A DNA stretch of 44,698 nucleotides from Reclinomonas americana ATCC 50394. Lineage: Eukaryota. Positions 37,301 to 44,698 of this stretch are shown here, piece by piece. The notes under the pieces are model-generated. The model was given only the letters and a program-made list of their open reading frames with translations, was not told the DNA's origin and did not search any database. The translations under genes were made by a program, and so were the position numbers. The DNA lies in assembly GCA_048213135.1 (NCBI GenBank), contig PS015171.1, forward strand, positions 23,215 through 67,912, in the 5' to 3' direction. How positions within the stretch are numbered: position 1 is the stretch's first letter; each line of letters opens with the position of its first letter.

Positions 37301-40300
37301 GCCAGCGTAGATGGTCGGCTGAGTGCTGACACAGGTGCCGGTGATGGTCACCTGCACGCCCACGTAGCCCCAGTTGCCGTTGGAGCGGGTCTGGCACAAG
37401 AACATCGGAGCGCCGAGCGGGGTCGCCTGATTGCTCGTGTCGAAAATCAGACTCTGGGTCGTCGATGTGGAGGCCGGTGTGCTTGCGGCACGGATGCGAA
37501 CGGTGGTAAGCTGACCCGTGACACACTGGTTCGAATCAAACAGGCCAAGTCGGTAGGTGCTGTTGGCCGCGGGAAGCGACAAGCCAGTGAAGTTGATGGT
37601 GGTCAAGTTGGTGGAGGCCGAGCACGCCGGCTGCAGCTGCACGGTCGCCGGCGATGTGAGGCACGAGCCGTTGTTGCGGAGGACAACGCCTACACAACAG
37701 CAACAGAGTTGGTGCGTCAGGCATGGGTGGCTGAGGCAAACGAACTTGTGAAACATAAGCAAACCAGTGTGGGCATAGTGGCCATTGTCGCCCGCGGAAG
37801 TGGAGCACAGGTACAGGTTGCCAGTGATCGTGGCGTTGCTGGTGAACGTCAGCGACAGAGACGTGTTTGCAGTCACCGTAGTCGGCGAGGAGACTATCAC
37901 ATGGTTGCCTTGATTTGCCGTGCAAGCGGCGTCGGTAAACACAGCGTACTGCGCATGAGTGCATGTACATGTTGATAGTCAGCTTCCTTGTGTCGTACTG
38001 ATACGTATGGATAGCAATTACCGCACCGTGTTCGACGCCGCCAAGTCCGTACCCGTCAGCGTCACCACACGCGCAACCGCACACTGAGCACCACCTGACT
38101 TGTCGGCAATCACAATGCGCGTTGGCGAGAGCGAGCAGGCACCCGCCACTCGCACAGTTGCACCCTGTCGTCGAGCACAGTGAGCAAGAATTGAAAGTAT
38201 CGCGCGAAAGATGAATCACACAGAGGAATCACCGTGTCTACGTAGTTGCTCTGTGTGGACAGGTTGCGCACGCAAAGGTGCAGCACGGTGACAGACGATG
38301 TCAGGCGGTTGACGGTGTTGAAGCCGAGAGTTTCCATGTTCACACTGTCGACTGCAGTGCGCGAAATGCTGATCGAGGTTTCCAGGGTGTCGCACGTGGT
38401 CGTAGTTGCCAAGGCGTACACCTGGTTCGGGTACGCCGCCGCAGTCTTGAAGCTCGAACCGAATACGCCCACCGACAGAATGGCCGGATCCGGAATCGTC
38501 TGACCCACCACGGCCACGGTGCGCCTGTGGTAATCAATCGCAATACAGATTGTCAGCATCTCATGGAATGGACAGAGATGTGCACGCTCGAGGAGAAGCA
38601 CAGAGAAACTCAACTGTCGGACGAAGCAGGAACCAGGAGTCAGGCGGATGTTGGGGTTGGCGGAGAAGACCGTCTTCTGAATGCACGATCCGTCGTTGCG
38701 GATGACAGCACCCGTCCATGCGAAGCTGCCGGCGTCCGCGGCCGAAGAAGAGCAGAGGTACTGGTCGCTGTCCGAGACCAATGTGACCGATGTCAGCGCC
38801 AGCGACATGCTGGTGAGGCCGGAGACAGTAGTGGGCGACGCTGTCGTGACAGCGGGGCTTGCAGTGGAGGCGCAGGCTCTATCCGTGAACACGCGATACT
38901 GCGCAGATTTCACACAGTCACGAGGACATTGAGTGCCGGCGACAACAGGCAAATTGGCTGCACTCGAAAGAGTGCAAAACGCAACTGTCTTGGCCGGATC
39001 CAGCTGAGTGCCCACAAGAGTAAACGTGCGAGTCAACAGGGCATTAGTACAGAAGGGATCGGTCATCAAGATGGACAGCGGTCGAGTGACACAAGAGCCG
39101 TCGACCAGGATGGTGGCGCCGGTGAACATCCAGTTGGTGCCACTGTCTGCACTCTTGAAACACTGCGCGAATACAACAGTAAAGACACGGGCGCAATTGA
39201 CGCTCGGACGGCAGATGAATGCTTATCACACGTACCACGTATCCAGGGCTGGTGTTGGTTGCCACAACCGAGGTCAGCGTAAACTCCAGCCGCTGGTTCG
39301 TGGCACTCCAAGCCGCACCCGAAGCACTATTGGAGACCGTGCACACCGTCAGATGACAAGCGCACAACGAGGTGAACAAAGTTGATGCCACACGCAACGA
39401 AGGAACAATCGTGTAGCCCGTACGCTGCGTCGAGCAGGTGTTTTCATCGAAGACAGCGTACTTCTTGGCGGCGTTCGCAGGAAGCGAAGGGTCGAGGAAA
39501 CCACTGCCCTTGACAGAGATGGCTTGTGTGTTGGAGATGCAAGTGCCCGGGGTGAGGGCGACAGGGAATGTGTTGGTCAGTGCGCCGGCCGAGATACACG
39601 GCCCGTCCACACGGACAACCGAGCCCGTCCACGAGCTGCGCGGTGGGAGGTAAGACGTGCACATATATACATGTTTGTGTGTGTAAGGCGAGTAACAACA
39701 GGTCACGAAACTACTGGCCATTGTCAGCCGCCACATCCGTGCTGCACAGGTAAAAGTTCGCCGTGGATGCGGTGACTGAATTGAAATCCAGCGTCAAAGT
39801 CGACGTGCCGAACACAGGGTTGGCGACGGTGACGGCCGTGGCCACGGTGGCGCATGCCGAATCCGTCGTGATTTCGTACTTTTAGTTGAGAGAGAGAGAG
39901 AGAGAATACAACACGTCAGCCACGTGTGCGCATCGCCAGACCGCCAAACAACGTACCGCATTGTTGTTCTCGATACCGAAGCCCGACACGGTGATTGTAC
40001 GAGTTGATGTGCACACTGCAGCACCCGGGTCGGGGAGCTGAATGCGGGCAATCGTGTTGGTGCACACGCCGCCGACATTGACAACCGGGCCTAGAACAAA
40101 CATGTTAATGTCATACATCGGCGGTGCAGGTGAACGGAGGCACACATACAAAGTGCGCACCAACAAATGCCCAGTTGCTTGTGTTGCCTCGACGCATGCA
40201 GAGGACGAACGAGGTGTTCACACTGGGACGGTACACAGTGGTCTGAAACGACAGCTTCTGGTTCCCCGTGTCGGTCACGCTGTCGAGCAGAATCGTCACT

Positions 40301-41083
40301 TGGAGGTTGATATTCGCCGGATCGCAAGTTTCAAATACCCCGTTGCCAGTGCTGGCGAACAAGGCATACTGCTTGACTGCACGTATGCACACAACGTGGT
40401 GAGAGTGAGAACATGTCAGGCGTGTGCACGTGAGACTGCGAACCAGGGAAGTCTTGGAAGGGATTGCCAGTCACAGGAATGATCTGCGGCTCGTCAAAGC
40501 AACCGCCGCGGGTGACCTTGATAAGCGGAGTGTCGATGCATGTCGCGCCGACCCACACATCAATGCCCGTGTTCACGCCATCGGCAAACAGGAAGAAGTG
40601 CGTGTCGAAAATAGCTGAAGGGGCGGAGTCAAACTGCAGCCGGAGTGTCGTCGGCTGCAAGTCGAAAATGTTGGCACCAAATGCAAAGTTGGCTCCCGCG
40701 TCCCGTCTGCAGAAAGTAAATCGACAAGAGCTCAGCATTGGCGGCACTTAGTGGTGGGAGTGAGAGTGTGCAAAGTACGTACACAGAAAACGCGGTGCCA
40801 AAGTTGTAGATGGTGTCCAAGCTGGTGCCAGTGAAATCAATGACTTGCACATATCCACCAGTGGTGAACTTGACGCAGTCGGACGGAGCCAGGAACACCG
40901 CCGTGGGCGTCTCCAACGCTGCACACAGAAAGGATTCCATTAGTGAGTGGAAAGGAGTGGACAAGAGGCGAGACAGCGCTCACCTCCATCTGCGTGTGTC
41001 GCGTGCAACAGCACCAAAACTGCGACAAGCATGGTCGCCAGAGCAACCACAGAGTGGCAGTGCATTTTGCGGGTAGCACTCAT
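34371..41083 (-). CDS. Gene G: large secreted protein with tandem Cys/Thr-rich ~110-aa modules and three C-terminal H-type lectin-like domains
   Basis: ATG at 41083 with signal peptide SVVALATMLVAVLVLLHATHA. Repeating G.C...ITV.G..F...Y.VF.D..C...L.LC...Y..TG units. The C-terminal GFNSPPTVVAALRHL...VYSWIA and ITFSTPFTSAPQVVV...DFTWAALGQ resemble H-type lectin domains. TAA at 34371-34373. Confidence 0.75.
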
Positions 41084-41585
41084 GTTTCTCTGCGCACAGT
41101 GACGCTCAGTGAGAACACATCACAGCACGCAGCGACGAGGTGAGAAAAGACAACCAAGAGAAAGAGAGAGGACGCGTTGAAACCAAGGCAAGCAGTGATC
41201 GTGTGTGTGTGTGTGTGCACGCGCGCTCTCTCTCTCTTGCTACACAGGAGGGAGAGAGAGCACAGAAGCACGCGTGTGTTTGATACGCACGTCTCCACGC
41301 TCCACAGTGCGAGGGGGGACCGAAACTACCGAAACAAAAGAGACGAAAATGTGCGGCTTCGCGCGCGCGCGAAAGCCAACGTCTCTAACGGCCGCATTTT
41401 CTTCTCTGTCGCCGGTGCTCGCTTTCTCGCTCGTCCCTGTTGTCATTGGCCACCGCCGCCTGTGTAGAGAAAGGAATGCACGCTTAACATCGCCCAACGC
41501 ACCTCATAGAACTGCCTGTCTGTATACAGCTGCTGCACGAACACCGGCCGTCGTCGCTTACGCACTCGCATTTCGCTCACGCGTG

Positions 41586-41615
41586 CTCGGCGGACTCGGC
41601 GGACTCGGCGGACTC
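41586..41615. repeat. 9-bp tandem repeat (CTCGGCGGA)x3.3, just downstream of ISCA1
   Basis: Direct reading. Confidence 0.8.
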
Positions 41616-41674
41616 ACTGCATCGCACACGCCACCTGCCCCCACACACGGCACTTCCGTCTATCGTATCGTACG

Positions 41675-42433
41675 TCAGTCTACATTGAAACTCTCACCAC
41701 ATCCACAGGTGCCCTTGGCATTGGGATTGGTGAATGTGAACTCACTGGCCAGTCGCGTCTCCTGTGCATCGCCCGTCGCAGGCTGGTTGAGTTCGACGTG
41801 CACCTGGAGGGGGAAAAAGGAGAGGAGAGCAACACACACCTTGTAGTCCATCTCCACTCCCAGCAAGTACATGAGTGCCTTTGGCTCGATGACCACACGG
41901 ACGCCTGCGACCAAGAGGAGGAATGAGAGAACACACGCACACACGCAGACGCACATGCGCGTGAGAGAGGTACACGCACCCTTCGTCTCCACCACCTCCT
42001 CAAACTTGCCCGGCGGCTCACGAGCATAGTTGAGTGTGTACGAGAAGCCATTGCATCCACCACGCCGCACTCCCAGTCGCACTCCATAACAAGGACCGCC
42101 ACTGTCGCCGCTCTGCTCCGTCTGCATCCGCATCAACTCCGCAATTCGCTCCGCCGCCGCATCAGTCTGCCACCCACCAATCACATCACTCATCATCCAA
42201 CCATATCTCACGTGCACACTCCTTACCAATGTCAAAACTTCTTTCCGTGGTCGTAGCCGCGCAGCTGGTCGCTCCGGCAACGGTGCACCACCACTCGCGC
42301 CTCCACGCCGATCGCACGCTGACGTGTCGCGAGCTGCGGACGACGACAAGGATGACATGGAACGCGGTGGTGCCCATGCGGCGACGACTGTAAACTCCAC
42401 GCGAGACAACCGCGTCACTAGTGCACGCAGCAT
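41675..42433 (-). CDS. ISCA1: Gene H: mitochondrial A-type iron-sulfur cluster assembly protein 1, 4 exons
   Basis: Presequence [11 protein letters not shown]. Motifs [25 protein letters not shown] and [29 protein letters not shown]. Introns at 42167-42226, 41905-41979 and 41762-41839. Confidence 0.95.
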   Translation of the reverse strand: [252 protein letters not shown]

Positions 42434-42540
42434 CGTCGCTCTTTGAGTGGATAAGGATGCGCGGATTCCACGACAATCAACAAACAATTGTCGCGGGCTG
42501 GTGACTGCTTGCCAAGTGCGTTGGGCGTGGACTGGGGAGG

Positions 42541-44484
42541 ATGACGCCATTGGCGTCGAGACGATCGTGTACTGTCGTTGTGGTGTCGTTGTTTGCGTGT
42601 GCGGTGCTGTTGGGCACGGTGTGGTCGCTGCTGCGTGCTGATCGCCACGTGTCTGTTGACGGTGGCGAGAGAGAGGAGGCGGGATCGGTGGTGGTGGAGG
42701 AGGAGGAGTTGATGTTGTGGGATGGTCGAGAGGATGTGACGGCGGAGGTGCATGAGTGGCGTGAGCAGCTGGAGGTGTGGGTGATTGCGCTGGTGAGTGT
42801 TGTGAGAATGTGTTTGACTGGTGTGTGTGCAGGCGGCTCGACGACGGGGACCTGTGGGCGGTGGGCAGTGTCGGGAGCATGTGACACGCATGGCGGGGTT
42901 GCCGGCGTCGGTGGCCAACTGGATCGAGATGGCTGTGCGCAATCCGTTCATGTTGCGCTTTTTTTTTGATTGTCTCTGTTGACAACTGCGTGTGCATTTC
43001 GTGACACGAGTGTCGCGTCGCAGACATCGACTGCTGCTCGATCTGGCGTCGCCTACGTTGTGTCAGCGACCGTCGATGATGGCGCTGAGAGAGCGATTGC
43101 AGTCGGCGCAGTGCGCACGGCTGAGTAGTTGCGTGCACACGCGCGCGCAACGAACGATGCTGGGCTCTGTTTTGCTTGTTGGTGACGCGTCGATGGTACG
43201 CGCACGCAGGTCACACGTCCACATTCTGGCAAATCTACCACAAGCCGGAGACGTGGTCTTCATTGTACAACATGCCGTGGACAGGTGTGTGTTGCATCGC
43301 AGCGCGGCAACAAACAAGATCGCTCAATTGCCGTGCGGGCAGGTGGTATCAGTGTGACGCCCGACCAGTTGGCTCGCTACTGCGACATCAACATTACCGA
43401 CTTTACCACGACGTTTGTGACGGATCCACCCAGCAAGGGACTGCGTGCACAGACGCAGTTTGCAGAGCAGGCGGCGATTGTACCGTTCGGACTCGGCGCG
43501 TACTGCTTGCCACTGCCTGACTGGTTCGGCTTTGGCACATGGTGAGGGTGGGGCGGTACTCCATGCACTTGCCGCTTGCAGTTGCTGACGTGCGGTGTGT
43601 GTGCTCTCTGCAGGCAGCAAGACGTGAAGGTGCGGCCGCCGTGTGAGGTGCTGGGCGACTTTGACATTCAAGGTGTGTGTTTTTGGAGAGCGCACTCCCA
43701 CTCCCACTCTCGCTCATCGACGAGTTGCGTAGCTGTGTCAGAGAATACCGTGCTTGCATGGGTGCGTGCTGGAGAGGATCGAGCTGCTGTCGTCGTCGCC
43801 GTCGTCGTCCCCCTGCCCTCACATGTATGTGTGTATGTGCGAACAGAACGATTTTCTGAGTTCCACGCAGGGCAGTCTGCTGAAACAGGCTGCCGAGGCA
43901 CACGGCAAGGCACTGGTGGATACACTGGAGTCAATGATGCAGGAGGTGTTTGGCACGCCGTTCCCCATTCCGGCCGAGATCCAGTGCAAGGACTACCGCT
44001 GCATCCCGTGCTGTGCCCACATGTACATGCACCGGAACACGCTTCGCGTGTTTGCCAAATTCCAGCTGGCCTTCTTCGCCTACGCCTTCGGTACAGGGCA
44101 ATACTTGGGTGGTTGCTCGTACCTGGAGCGCGGAATGACGCACGGCCGGTGCTTCGCGTACGTGGCAGAGCGACTGACGTCGCTCTTCTTCTTCATGAAG
44201 GAACGCAAGGTGACCGCAACGTCGATGCGCTCTTCCCACCTATTTCGTTCCGTGCTCACTCCCTCGGTTGCGCCGCGCAGTTGCTACTGTGGAGGCTTCC
44301 GCTTCGCACCGAGTGTCCAGACCCGGTTTCCGTGGAAACCTTCGACTTTTACCAGCAACAGCCGGCACTCACTAATCAAGATATTAATCGATTGTTCGAC
44401 GCTCTCGTGGAATGCAACAATATGGCGGCGGCCGAGAATCAACAAGAGGAGGAGAAGGACGAGGCGGAGCGTGAAGTACCATAA
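42541..44484 (+). CDS. Gene I: type II membrane protein with a DUF4422-like (putative glycosyltransferase) domain; 5' exon joins partly unresolved
   Basis: N-terminal TM anchor VVVVSLFACAVLLGTVWSLL. Motifs FAEQAAI...PDWFGFGTWR, AHMYMHRNTLRVFAKF and RCFAYVAERLTSLFF resemble the DUF4422 pattern (E...YIG..HYRR; NMFIM; R..GFL.ERL). TAA at 44482-44484. Confidence 0.55.
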
Positions 44485-44698
44485 AGACTGTCGGAGTTGT
44501 CTGTCCCGCGCTCGAGCTCGCACTTCCCGCGCAGACAGATTTCTCGCGTTGCCAATGGAAGAACGCACTGTGCTCGACGGTTGCGTTTCTCCCACGAAGC
44601 CACTGCGCACATGCACGCACGCACACACACGCCACACGCATGTCACACTTCGGTCAGCGTGACATGTCTCTCACATGGCTCACACACACATACACGCG

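Noticed and set aside
41675-43150. 491-aa single-exon ORF with a long N-terminal extension on ISCA1
   Set aside because: The upstream part is the antisense of gene I. The real start fits ATG 42433, and the ORF simply reads through three in-frame introns.
43724-43730. GTTGCGT as a donor in gene I (and a similar match at 4607-4613 in gene A)
   Set aside because: The first lies inside an intron better explained by a GTGTGT donor. The second lies within continuous coding sequence.
1-44698. Alternative genetic code, CRISPR array, tRNA/rRNA or transposon
   Set aside because: In-frame stops in the models I traced are removed by GT-AG introns, and genes end in TAA or TGA. I saw no spaced repeats, structured RNA signatures, transposase motifs or terminal repeats by eye.

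Overview
Eukaryotic nuclear DNA from a gene-dense, intron-rich protist-like genome (organism not identifiable from the sequence). Introns are mostly about 60-100 nt, and there are three N gaps. By hand-splicing I reconstruct nine genes: (A) a giant secreted EGF-containing protein running off the left end; (B) a hypothetical protein; (C, D) two tandem paralogous multi-pass membrane proteins, each with a TmcB-like N-terminus, 3 PAS domains and one class III nucleotide cyclase domain; (E) TCAIM-like; (F) an N-BAR endocytic adaptor; (G) a secreted repeat protein ending in H-type lectin-like domains; (H) ISCA1; (I) a DUF4422-like type II membrane protein. Two observations stand out. First, the cyclase domains of C and D are each catalytically incomplete in exactly complementary ways: D has only the metal-binding Asp pair, while C has only the Lys/Asp/Asn/Arg/Lys set. 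This suggests an obligate heterodimeric, probably heme-PAS (gas) regulated adenylyl cyclase encoded by adjacent genes. Second, at least 24 introns appear to use a one-base-shifted 5' splice site, GTTRMGT, instead of GTRMGT. Gene coordinates are start-to-stop spans including introns. All models are manual and need RNA-seq confirmation.
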